A stretch of 29,493 nucleotides of DNA from a virus (Duplodnaviria > Caudoviricetes): the IMG/VR virus record IMGVR_UViG_3300030330_000169, positions 1 to 29,493 of that record; one strand, 5' to 3'. The first letter of the stretch is position 1, and every line of letters starts with the position of its first letter. Positions 18,855 through 26,806 of the stretch are shown in pieces. Below the pieces are notes generated by a model. It did not search any database. It saw only the letters and a program-made list of their open reading frames with translations, and was not told the origin of the DNA. The position numbers and the translations under genes were made by a program.

Positions 18855-20014
18855 GAGGCCGCTCCTGAAGATGCTGCTACATGCCAACCTGCATCTAACA
18901 AATCACCAAAATCTGAGGCATTACCGGCTGTAGCGAAGGTAATTTGTTGTATTGCGTTACTTCCTGCACTTGCTGCGGAGTCATAACCCCCTAAAAAATG
19001 ACCCTTAGTAGCGTTGGAGCATCCGTCAAAATAATAAGGTGTTGTCGCCAAATCACCAAAGTCTGTAGCATTGTTTGTGTTTGTAAGATTTTTTTGATCT
19101 ATTGAATTGGTATAACCACCCGGCAGGACGTAATTACCTCCTGCAAAACACCCTATATCCCCTGCTCCTGATCCTGCCGATGCATGAGCGTAACGCCCTA
19201 CATTTAAATCTCCTGCATCTACAGCGTTTCCTGCTGTTGCAAAAGTTACATAGGCTATAGTGTCTTGAATACCAGATGTAATACCTCCCCCTATTAACAT
19301 CCTTGTCGCGTTTGATACACATCGCATATAATAAAGACCGCTTGTTAATTGATTTCCAAAATCTGTTGCAGTAACTCCTGCATTGCCTGTTCCTACAGTA
19401 AGTTGCTCTATCTTGTTACCAATGCCATCTGCATAGTTAGTGCTACCGCTTCGTGCGTACCCATGAACCAAAAGCATTTTAGACCCGTCGCTTTCACAGT
19501 CGCTATCAAAAGTACCGTATTGCAAATCTCCATAATCCGAAGCGTTGCCTAAAGTAGCAGAAGCCCAAAAATCTATTTGTGTTGTGTTTTTATAGAGAGG
19601 CATGTATATGCGTGTTCCATCACTAGCCATACCCTGTCTAGCATAATCTCCAAGTGTAAGGTCACCAAAGTCTGCTGCATTTCCTGCAGAGGTCATATCC
19701 CAATACTCTATTCTATTCGTACCAGTATGGCTTACACCCGCCTTGTGTCCTCTATCACCATAATGAGAAGCTGCCGCAGCAGAAGTGCCTAACCAGTCTT
19801 TCCACTCGTTGTCCATATAGACTTTATAGAGGTCGTTGTCGGTATCCCACCAAGTGTCTCCATTACTAGGGCTGCTAGGTTCTGTGTTTCCCTCTGTGTG
19901 TTTATGAGGACTTATACCACTGTCAGATCCTGCGAAGTTTACACCAAAGGTAAAATTAGGAGCGCCTGTACCCGCTCTGTCTGTAATCGTTATTATTCTG
20001 TCTATTTCACTCAT
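18851..20014 (-). CDS. GNATDFGDL-repeat putative receptor-binding protein 3, class B, 387 aa
   Basis: ITDRAGTGAP...AGSDSGISPHKHTEG...EWKDWLGTS; six repeats. Confidence 0.75.
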   Translation of the reverse strand: MSEIDRIITITDRAGTGAPNFTFGVNFAGSDSGISPHKHTEGNTEPSSPSNGDTWWDTDNDLYKVYMDNEWKDWLGTSAAAASHYGDRGHKAGVSHTGTNRIEYWDMTSAGNAADFGDLTLGDYARQGMASDGTRIYMPLYKNTTQIDFWASATLGNASDYGDLQYGTFDSDCESDGSKMLLVHGYARSGSTNYADGIGNKIEQLTVGTGNAGVTATDFGNQLTSGLYYMRCVSNATRMLIGGGITSGIQDTIAYVTFATAGNAVDAGDLNVGRYAHASAGSGAGDIGCFAGGNYVLPGGYTNSIDQKNLTNTNNATDFGDLATTPYYFDGCSNATKGHFLGGYDSAASAGSNAIQQITFATAGNASDFGDLLDAGWHVAASSGAAS

Positions 20015-20016
20015 CG

Positions 20017-21168
20017 CTAGTCTCCTGACATTGAGGTATGTTCATACCTGTCCGAAGTCATATCACCATAATCTGTTGCATTTCCGGGGGTTTGAACAGT
20101 TATATACTCTATAACATTAAGTCTAGCAGCAGTTTCTTCGTAACCGCCTGAAATTAATGCTCTGGTTGTATCGGCGCAACAAGCAGCGCGAACTATAGCG
20201 TTACTCGCATCACCAAAATCAGTTCCGTTCCCTGCGGTTTGGATCGTTATGTATTCTATATTATTGTAACGATTGCTACCATCCCAACCGCCTACAAATA
20301 TACCTCTTGTAGCATCATTTGTGCCAGCCATCTGGCCTCTTGCCGAAGATAGGTCTCCGAAGTCAGTGGCGTTTCCGGGTGAGGCTGTAGTTATATATTC
20401 CATTTTATTTTCATAACCGCTGTTGTTAGTCTCCCCTACAGCACAAACGGATCTTGTAGCATCGCTGCAACTAGAAGTATATCTACCATTGACAGTCATA
20501 TCACCAAAATCTGTAGAATTACCTGTTGTGGCAATAACAGTTTGCATTATGGTATTATGATAAGTAGGAGAAACGTTGTACCTGTTTCCACCCCATGTTA
20601 AAGCCCTAGTGCCATCAGAACATGATGTGTGATTATAAAGACCAAAAACTAAATCACCAAAATCGGTAGCATTTCCTGTGGTTCCTATAGTTATGTAATC
20701 TATTGTTTCGAAAGTAGCGGTGGGCAAGCCCCCAAGAAATAAACCTCTAGTTTTATTGCTACCAGATGTTATCCAGTCCCTTGCTATTGTCAAATCACCA
20801 AAATCAACAGCGTTTCCTGCTGTTTGAATAGCGCTGTAATCAATGGCATTGCTTCGCGCTCCATTGACGTTAAAATCTCCCCCTCCAAAAATAGCTCTAC
20901 TACCACTCCAAGGGTTACCAGATGCTGCAGAAGCGTTTAGTTGAATTTTTTTAAACCCACCGTCTATATAAACATTAACATTATTATTAGCGCTGTCCCA
21001 CCACAAAGCTCCATTTTTAGGATTGCTAGGCGCTGTACCAGAAGATGTATATTCGTGCGTGTTCAGTGTGCTTATAGCTGCGTTGCTTCCTACAGTCGGT
21101 TGAACAGGAAGGTTTGGTTTACCTGATCCTGCTAGGTTGGTTATGTTATCTACTTTTAATTCTGTCAT
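20017..21168 (-). CDS. GNATDFGDL-repeat putative receptor-binding protein 2, class C, 383 aa
   Basis: ELKVD...NLAGSGKPNLPV.PT...PKNGALWWDSAN; six repeats; ATGA overlap. Confidence 0.75.
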   Translation of the reverse strand: MTELKVDNITNLAGSGKPNLPVQPTVGSNAAISTLNTHEYTSSGTAPSNPKNGALWWDSANNNVNVYIDGGFKKIQLNASAASGNPWSGSRAIFGGGDFNVNGARSNAIDYSAIQTAGNAVDFGDLTIARDWITSGSNKTRGLFLGGLPTATFETIDYITIGTTGNATDFGDLVFGLYNHTSCSDGTRALTWGGNRYNVSPTYHNTIMQTVIATTGNSTDFGDMTVNGRYTSSCSDATRSVCAVGETNNSGYENKMEYITTASPGNATDFGDLSSARGQMAGTNDATRGIFVGGWDGSNRYNNIEYITIQTAGNGTDFGDASNAIVRAACCADTTRALISGGYEETAARLNVIEYITVQTPGNATDYGDMTSDRYEHTSMSGD

Positions 21169-22328
21169 GATGCTGCTCCTGATGCGGCCATACCTTGATA
21201 ACCTCTGTTTTCTGCTAAATCTCCAAAATCAGAGGAATTACCAGTGGTTTGAATGGTTATAAGCTCCATTCCAGTGTAAGGACTTGTGGTAACATCTCCT
21301 ATAAATACCCCTCTAACGGCATTTCCACAAGCAGTAGCCATAGAATATTGGTTAGTTAAATCACCAAAGTCAGTGCCATTACCTGTTGTTTGTGTTGTTA
21401 TATACTCTATATTTCTACCTGCTGGGGTGTGATAACTACTAGGAGAGTCTCCCGCAAAAACTGTTCTGGTTGCATCTGAAACTGCCATGTTTCTAGCAGC
21501 AGAATAGAGAAGATCTCCAAAATCTGTTGCATTGCCTGTTGTTGCATAAGTAAAATAGTCGATTGTAACTGAGTAATAAGATCCAATACCTCCCGCAAAA
21601 ACAGCTCTTGTTGTATCCCCACCTGCACCATCTGAATGACCTGACCCTACTCCGCTAAGATCTCCAAAGTCGGTAGCGTTACCAGTGGTATCTACTGTTA
21701 CATAATCAACAATATCTCTATATGAACTAGGGCCATATCCACCTCCAAAAAGCGCCCTTGTTCCATTACTGCAAGCAGAATTAGCGCTTCTACCTACAGT
21801 TAAATTACCAAAATCTGTACTATTACCAATAGTTGACGGAGTAACATAATCTATCTCATTTGCTCTTGCTCCAGCGGGGGTATAACCGCCCGCAAACAAG
21901 GCTCTTGTAGAAGAACCTGCTGCACCTCCTTGATACCTAAATAATTGTAAGTCACCAAAACTTGCAGAGCCTCCTCCACTACCAGCAATATTAAAGTATA
22001 AAATATCATCATAAGAAGATGATTGAGTAGTTACCCCTCCTGCAGCAAGACCCCTGTCTCCGCCCCAAGCAATGCCATCCACAGGATAATCAGTATTTAA
22101 AGTTATCTCTTTGAAATCGCCATTTATGTAGACCATTACTTTACTGTTGGCGCTGTCCCACCAGATAGCTCCGTTCTTAGGGCTACTTGGTTCTGTTGCT
22201 GACGATGTGTAAGAGTAAGTATTCATAGTACTTAAAGCAGATCCACCAGAATGCGTGGGACTGACAGGAAAGTTAGGCTTACCTGTACCCGCTAAATTTA
22301 CAACTGCATCTACTTTAATTTCAGGCAC
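21165..22328 (-). CDS. GNATDFGDL-repeat putative receptor-binding protein 1, class C, about 387 aa
   Basis: Start moved to GTG 22328 (TAGTG overlap; PEIKVD aligns with the paralog N-termini); six repeats. Confidence 0.75.
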   Translation of the reverse strand: MPEIKVDAVVNLAGTGKPNFPVSPTHSGGSALSTMNTYSYTSSATEPSSPKNGAIWWDSANSKVMVYINGDFKEITLNTDYPVDGIAWGGDRGLAAGGVTTQSSSYDDILYFNIAGSGGGSASFGDLQLFRYQGGAAGSSTRALFAGGYTPAGARANEIDYVTPSTIGNSTDFGNLTVGRSANSACSNGTRALFGGGYGPSSYRDIVDYVTVDTTGNATDFGDLSGVGSGHSDGAGGDTTRAVFAGGIGSYYSVTIDYFTYATTGNATDFGDLLYSAARNMAVSDATRTVFAGDSPSSYHTPAGRNIEYITTQTTGNGTDFGDLTNQYSMATACGNAVRGVFIGDVTTSPYTGMELITIQTTGNSSDFGDLAENRGYQGMAASGAAS

Positions 22329-23311
22329 TAAACTACAACCCACCTAGTTCCTGAAGGAACTGTTACTGTTACACCGTTATTTACTGTTATCGGCCCTGCA
22401 CTCATGGCGTTGTGACTGGCAGTTATTGTGTAGTTGGTTGTAACTGTCTGATCGTTTTCATAGAAGACTTCGTCACTACCACCACCAGTGGCTCCACCGC
22501 CACCTCCACCACCGCCAGATGCTGTGAGCTGATTTCCTGATACTGTAATACCAGAACCTGCAATCGCTGTTAAAAAGTCAGCAACAGATTCTTTTTTAGA
22601 GTTGTTGCTGTCGTCTGCATCAATAAACGCTATGCTGTCATTCGCTGTGTTGATTGTACCTGCACTCAAAGCGTTTAAGTCTGTGGTGGTTGATATTGTT
22701 GTAAAGCTAAGAACACCACTACCGTTAGTCGTTAGTGCCTGACCATTACTCCCAGTATTTTCAGGAAGTGTAAGAGTATATGTAGAACCCGCGCTGTGGG
22801 GTGGACTTTGAATTTTTACACCGTGACTGTTCACTGAACAATTAAGTTGTATTGCACCGACAGTACCACTGGAAGTGCCATCTCCCATTACCTCAACACA
22901 ACCAGTCCCGTTGGGATTAAGTTTTATATTACCATTAGATGTACTTGTGTTTATTTCTCTAGCTTGAACGTCTAGGTTGCCACCTAGCTGTGGAGAAGAA
23001 TCATCTACTACATCTTGGATTCCTGAACCAGAAAGTGTGCCAACAGATGCAAATCCTAAATTGCCAGAACCGTCTGTCTTCAAGACATGTCCTGCGCTGC
23101 CATCTGCTGTTGGATGGGAAAGTCCATCGATGATTACTTTACCAGAGCCGTCTGGTGTGATTGCAATGTTGGCATTTGATGCTGATACTATTGCATTACC
23201 GTTTACATCAAGATTACCGCCTAATTGAGGACTAGTATCTTCTACAATGTCATAAGTCCCTGAAGAGGTAACTTTTGCAGCAAACTTTGATAAATTTCTG
23301 TTTATAGTCAT
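22328..23311 (-). CDS. Tail fibre protein with an internal duplication and C-terminal adaptor-like domain, 327 aa
   Basis: Two D.SPQLGGNLDV units, two P..DG..G..L.T.GSG.L.F units, a poly-Gly linker, and the C-terminal ENDQTVTTNYTIT...NAMSAGPITV..GVTVTVPSG.RWVVV domain. Confidence 0.7.
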   Translation of the reverse strand: MTINRNLSKFAAKVTSSGTYDIVEDTSPQLGGNLDVNGNAIVSASNANIAITPDGSGKVIIDGLSHPTADGSAGHVLKTDGSGNLGFASVGTLSGSGIQDVVDDSSPQLGGNLDVQAREINTSTSNGNIKLNPNGTGCVEVMGDGTSSGTVGAIQLNCSVNSHGVKIQSPPHSAGSTYTLTLPENTGSNGQALTTNGSGVLSFTTISTTTDLNALSAGTINTANDSIAFIDADDSNNSKKESVADFLTAIAGSGITVSGNQLTASGGGGGGGGATGGGSDEVFYENDQTVTTNYTITASHNAMSAGPITVNNGVTVTVPSGTRWVVV

Positions 23312-23320
23312 GTCAAATCC

Positions 23321-24034
23321 CTAAATAGCATATTGTTGAACTTGAAGAATATCGCCCACCGAAGCACCTGATGCCAAGGTAACCGCTGATGCGCTTATCG
23401 AATAATCTGTTGTTGGTAGCAGAAGGACACCGTTTAGATACACTGCTGATTTATTTATATTGTAGCTTCCTGAGAATGCGGTCTGACCTGCTGTTGCCGT
23501 AAACTCTGTTGTCGAATAGTTAGCGGATGCACCGCCATACTCTACTACCTCTACAATATCACCTGAACTTGCTCCAGACGCGAGAACCACAGACGTTCCA
23601 TTTGTGGCTGTGAAGTCTGCAGCATTTAGTTTGGCTCCATTTATAAATACGAGAATGTTTCCAATACCATAGCTCACAGTAAAAGTTGTTTGGTTTGAAG
23701 TTGCAGTAAAGCTCGTAAACTCATGAGAGTTACCAGAAAGTGTTAGATCTTCAGCACTGGGGCTGATAAATAAAACTGCGCTACCTGAAAGGTTTAATAA
23801 CGATCCTGTTGAACTGGATGATAGTACTCGCGTCAGGGTCGTACCTGAATGTGTATATACACCTTGTCCTATCTCAAAATCAGTTCCATCTTCTATAACG
23901 TATCTGACGGTATCCCCATTAGAGATACCGCCAGCCGCAAAAGTCTGAAAACCTGACTCAGCAGAACCGAGGGTCACAGTACCGGTTCCGGTTGTGCTGA
24001 CGCTTACCTTAACTCGATCTGCAAATTTCACCAC
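23321..24034 (-). CDS. Tail fibre-attachment/structural protein, 237 aa
   Basis: FADRVK....TTGTGT.TLG.A..GFQTF N-terminus and two FTAT..QT.F...V..NG..L...D[FY] repeats; GGAG RBS with GTG start. Confidence 0.65.
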   Translation of the reverse strand: MVKFADRVKVSVSTTGTGTVTLGSAESGFQTFAAGGISNGDTVRYVIEDGTDFEIGQGVYTHSGTTLTRVLSSSSTGSLLNLSGSAVLFISPSAEDLTLSGNSHEFTSFTATSNQTTFTVSYGIGNILVFINGAKLNAADFTATNGTSVVLASGASSGDIVEVVEYGGASANYSTTEFTATAGQTAFSGSYNINKSAVYLNGVLLLPTTDYSISASAVTLASGASVGDILQVQQYAI

Positions 24035-24046
24035 AGTAAAGCTCCG

Positions 24047-24502
24047 TTAAGCTATGCGAATGATAGCGTCTGAAGCTGTTTTCGCTGGGAACTGAATAGT
24101 AAAGTCACCTGCTGTAGAGGTCTTGTCAGAACCAAAGTCTAGTACAACTACTGTGTCTGTTGTGCCTGATCCGCCACCTGTTGTGGTGTTATAAATCAAA
24201 GCTCCACGAGCTGTCACAGTTGCACTGCTAAACGTCAGGTCATCGAAATCTGTCACCGCTGTCGTGCTACCTTCCAACGATGGATTTACATTTGTCAGAG
24301 TTCCACCACCTGCAGAATAACCAGACCCACTTACCTCGTTAGAGGTAGTATAAGCAGTCGTAGCTGCGTTGAAGGAAGCGCTGTTTGTATACATCGCTAG
24401 CTTGAATGTATGCCCTCCTGAGCCGCTAGCTTTGAAGTTATGTCCCCCCTCAAGAAGTTCTTGCTTGAAGGACGAACACATAAAGTTACCAGAAAATGCC
24501 AT
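24047..24502 (-). CDS. Beta-rich virion structural protein (fibre 'bead' candidate), 151 aa
   Basis: SFKQELL.G.H.F...FKLA.YT...EVSG.GY.AGG..L...ARGALIYN...V.VLDFG.DKTST.G.FTIQFP; AGGAG RBS. Confidence 0.65.
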   Translation of the reverse strand: MAFSGNFMCSSFKQELLEGGHNFKASGSGGHTFKLAMYTNSASFNAATTAYTTSNEVSGSGYSAGGGTLTNVNPSLEGSTTAVTDFDDLTFSSATVTARGALIYNTTTGGGSGTTDTVVVLDFGSDKTSTAGDFTIQFPAKTASDAIIRIA

Positions 24503-24503
24503 A

Positions 24504-24797
24504 TCATAATCTCCTTATTAGCTCGGCAAGTTTAGGATGCCCTGCGTCTTTCAAGGCATTATACACGGTTGTGCGGTCACTGCGAATAGCTTCTCGCATA
24601 TAAAATGCAACCGTCTTTTCCATGTGCTTTTGAAAGGCTTGAGCCTGATCTCGAATAGCAGGATGTGCATTGTCGGAAACGCTTATCAGCTTTTCTACAC
24701 ATCTCTCTGCCACCTCATCAGGTGTAAACCCTCTATTCTCTGTAGTTCGTATATTAACTATAGGTTCTTTTGGTATATCTATATTAAACTTAAACAT
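24504..24797 (-). CDS. Hypothetical protein, about 97 aa
   Basis: Start moved to ATG 24797 to avoid a long overlap; TT.NRGFTPDE.AE.C..KLISVS...P.IRDQA.AF. Confidence 0.65.
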   Translation of the reverse strand: MFKFNIDIPKEPIVNIRTTENRGFTPDEVAERCVEKLISVSDNAHPAIRDQAQAFQKHMEKTVAFYMREAIRSDRTTVYNALKDAGHPKLAELIRRL

Positions 24798-25449
24798 TGC
24801 CCTCGTCTTTGCTGTATCCCTCTTCGCCATCTCTATAACCGTCTTGTTGCAGTAAGCCACCCACTTTAGTAAAGGCTTGCATAGCGAGCTGATGTTGTTT
24901 TCTGTACTCGTTCATGAGATCTGTATCGCCCTTCATGTATGAGTACGCTTCTAATAGTGAACCATACAGCAAAGCTGTTTCGGCATTGTCACCTAAATAT
25001 GTTGTACCTGCAGTAACTATAGATGGTGGGTCGTAGTAATAGTTTATTTGAGCAAGATAGGCAGCGTCTGGCGTTGGGGCTAATATAAAATATCCCGGTG
25101 TACTTGTTGTGCCACCAACAAACTGACCGTAGTACTTTGGTAAACCTGTGTCTGATGCAGGAAACGCTTCCTTCATAAAAGTAACATTCTTATTTAGCAA
25201 ATAGCTATAGTTACCACTGCCGTCCTGTATAGCTATAGAGTACACAGCAATCATGTCTGTTGGCCTAGCAAGATATTGAGAGTTAGCAACTGTGCTACCA
25301 GTAGCAGCTTTTCGAAGCTCTGGAATGAGAACCTGACGGAGTATCTTCTCCTCTGCCTGTCGTACAAACGTAGGGATATTAGTCACAAAAGAAGTCTCTG
25401 TGTTCTCTGTGTAGTCCTGTATTGCCTGTACTAACTCTGTATAGTTCAT
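24790..25449 (-). CDS. Head-tail adaptor / tail tubular protein A-like (adaptor II), 219 aa
   Basis: MNY.EL..AIQDYTEN....F...IP.F..QAE..I.R, G.PKYY, APTPD..Y....YY, LLYGSL.EA..YMKG. Confidence 0.7.
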   Translation of the reverse strand: MNYTELVQAIQDYTENTETSFVTNIPTFVRQAEEKILRQVLIPELRKAATGSTVANSQYLARPTDMIAVYSIAIQDGSGNYSYLLNKNVTFMKEAFPASDTGLPKYYGQFVGGTTSTPGYFILAPTPDAAYLAQINYYYDPPSIVTAGTTYLGDNAETALLYGSLLEAYSYMKGDTDLMNEYRKQHQLAMQAFTKVGGLLQQDGYRDGEEGYSKDEGNV

Positions 25450-25454
25450 TTAGT

Positions 25455-25676
25455 CTACCTTACTGTAAATTGACCGCCACGAGCTTTACCCATACCACGA
25501 CATATTGAGCCACCCATATTCTTTTTAATTGGGCTGCGACCTGATAGTTTAAGCAAGTCGCTTTTACCTTTACTCAGCAAAAATTGATCAAAACTCATTG
25601 AGTCTGACATAGGACCGTCAAAGAACTCTTCACGTAATTCCTGCAGTTCTGAGTCTTTTTCTTTCATTTTACCCAT
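25455..25676 (-). CDS. Small hypothetical protein with an MGG/RGMG.A.GG motif, 73 aa
   Basis: ORF tiles with its neighbours; C-terminus similar to 25682-25894. Confidence 0.65.
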   Translation of the reverse strand: MGKMKEKDSELQELREEFFDGPMSDSMSFDQFLLSKGKSDLLKLSGRSPIKKNMGGSICRGMGKARGGQFTVR

Positions 25677-25681
25677 GATAA

Positions 25682-25894
25682 TTATCCGTTCTTACTAAAT
25701 TTACCACCACGGATTGCTGCACCCATGCCACGAGCCTGACCACTCGATGCTTTAAATATGTCAGGATGATCCTCAGAAAGTAGAGACACTTGTCCTCCGC
25801 GTTTCATGAAACCCATTTTGTTACGAACATCTGTTGGTAATTTACCCAACCCTTTATTTCCTGCGGGTACGGGCTTTAAAGTTTTTCCGGGCAT
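25682..25894 (-). CDS. Small basic protein with MKRGG and RGMGAA.RGG motifs, 70 aa
   Basis: AAGGAG RBS; LKPVP.GNKGL.KLP..VRNKMGFMKRGG. Confidence 0.75.
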   Translation of the reverse strand: MPGKTLKPVPAGNKGLGKLPTDVRNKMGFMKRGGQVSLLSEDHPDIFKASSGQARGMGAAIRGGKFSKNG

Positions 25895-25913
25895 ATCTAA
25901 TCTCCTTTTAATA

Positions 25914-25943
25914 ATGCTATCATGTTTAAATTCCCAAATCCAC
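25914..25943 (-). promoter_or_regulatory. Putative promoter (TGGATT-17 bp-TAGCAT with TGn extension)
   Basis: Minus strand GTGGATTTGGGAATTTAAACATGATAGCAT in the largest intergenic gap; same spacing as 5846-5875. Confidence 0.4.
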
Positions 25944-25945
25944 CG

Positions 25946-26806
25946 TTAAGGTGTATTCGCTTGGCCTCCCATACCACTGTGGTTTGGACAATAATAGTAT
26001 AATGTTGGTGCGCCTACAGCCACAACGATCTGAGTATAGGCCCCTGCATTGCCCGGCGTTCCATTGTAAGTTACGCCTGTTGTGTACTCCACACCACCCG
26101 CATGAGTTCCATTTGGCGTTGTTGAAAATCTTAATGGGTGACCACTATTGCTTGAGTCAGATTGATCAAACAGATAAGTGCTTCCTTCATTAATTGTTCC
26201 TGTAGGCGCTTGTACGCCGTCAATATAAAACCTATTTCCGCTGCCATAACCTGCGGCAGCAACTGTAACTGCAAAAGATTGTGTTACATTAACTGACGGA
26301 GTTGCAACGCCAGCTCCACCAACTGCGACAGAACCAGTAACAGGAACGGTTGTAACTAAATCACCTGTTATTGTGACAGTCCCTACACCACTTTGCATAA
26401 TAGATGGTGCAGTAATATCTGCAGTAAATGTGAGAGCTGACGCTGCACCAACTGTACCTGTAGCAGAAACACCTGTGGCGTTTGCTAGACTCTCATCAAA
26501 GCTTACAGTAACCCTACCAACAGACGCAGTCATAAATTGAGCAGGGTTCCAAACAGGATCGAATCCAAATAACTGTCTGCTTGCTGCTAGGGCGGTGTCT
26601 GGCCTTGCATTTGCCAGACTTTGCGGATCAAATACTCTGACTCTACCAAGAAAGTTTTGTGGGTGATCGTCGTCAGCCACGTCTCTTCCCACACGTAAAC
26701 CTGTCTTCACACCATTCTTATACTCATCAACTAGATCAGTTAGAGGGTATCTGAAGCCAGTTCTGTCACAGAAGCCAAAAGAATATTTGTTTCTAGCGGT
26801 TCTCAT
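25946..26806 (-). CDS. Structural protein: conserved CDRTGF N-terminal domain, TG..VG repeats and a C-terminal cupredoxin-like domain, 286 aa
   Basis: GFCDRTGFRY...DHPQ...DPQ.L..ARPD; SNSGHPL...LYYYCPNHSGMGG. Confidence 0.65.
   Translation of the reverse strand: MRTARNKYSFGFCDRTGFRYPLTDLVDEYKNGVKTGLRVGRDVADDDHPQNFLGRVRVFDPQSLANARPDTALAASRQLFGFDPVWNPAQFMTASVGRVTVSFDESLANATGVSATGTVGAASALTFTADITAPSIMQSGVGTVTITGDLVTTVPVTGSVAVGGAGVATPSVNVTQSFAVTVAAAGYGSGNRFYIDGVQAPTGTINEGSTYLFDQSDSSNSGHPLRFSTTPNGTHAGGVEYTTGVTYNGTPGNAGAYTQIVVAVGAPTLYYYCPNHSGMGGQANTP

Noticed and set aside
7617-21631. Nested minus-strand ORFs 7617-7799, 17978-18244, 19134-19322 and 21407-21631
   Set aside because: They are alternative frames inside well-supported genes and have no convincing RBS or motif.
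15470-21960. CRISPR-like periodic repeats (TCACCAAAATC...)
   Set aside because: The repeats are degenerate at third codon positions, spaced about 130-170 nt apart and in frame within genes, so they are protein repeats; no cas genes are present.
15416-22328. Diversity-generating retroelement or shufflon acting on the adhesin array
   Set aside because: No reverse transcriptase, no non-coding template repeat differing only at adenines, no invertase and no inverted cassettes in the window; one elsewhere in the genome cannot be excluded.
22475-22520. Poly-Gly tracts as phase-variable simple repeats (also in 11771-12511)
   Set aside because: They are encoded by mixed GGN codons rather than a homopolymer or perfect microsatellite, consistent with ordinary linkers or polyglycine motifs.
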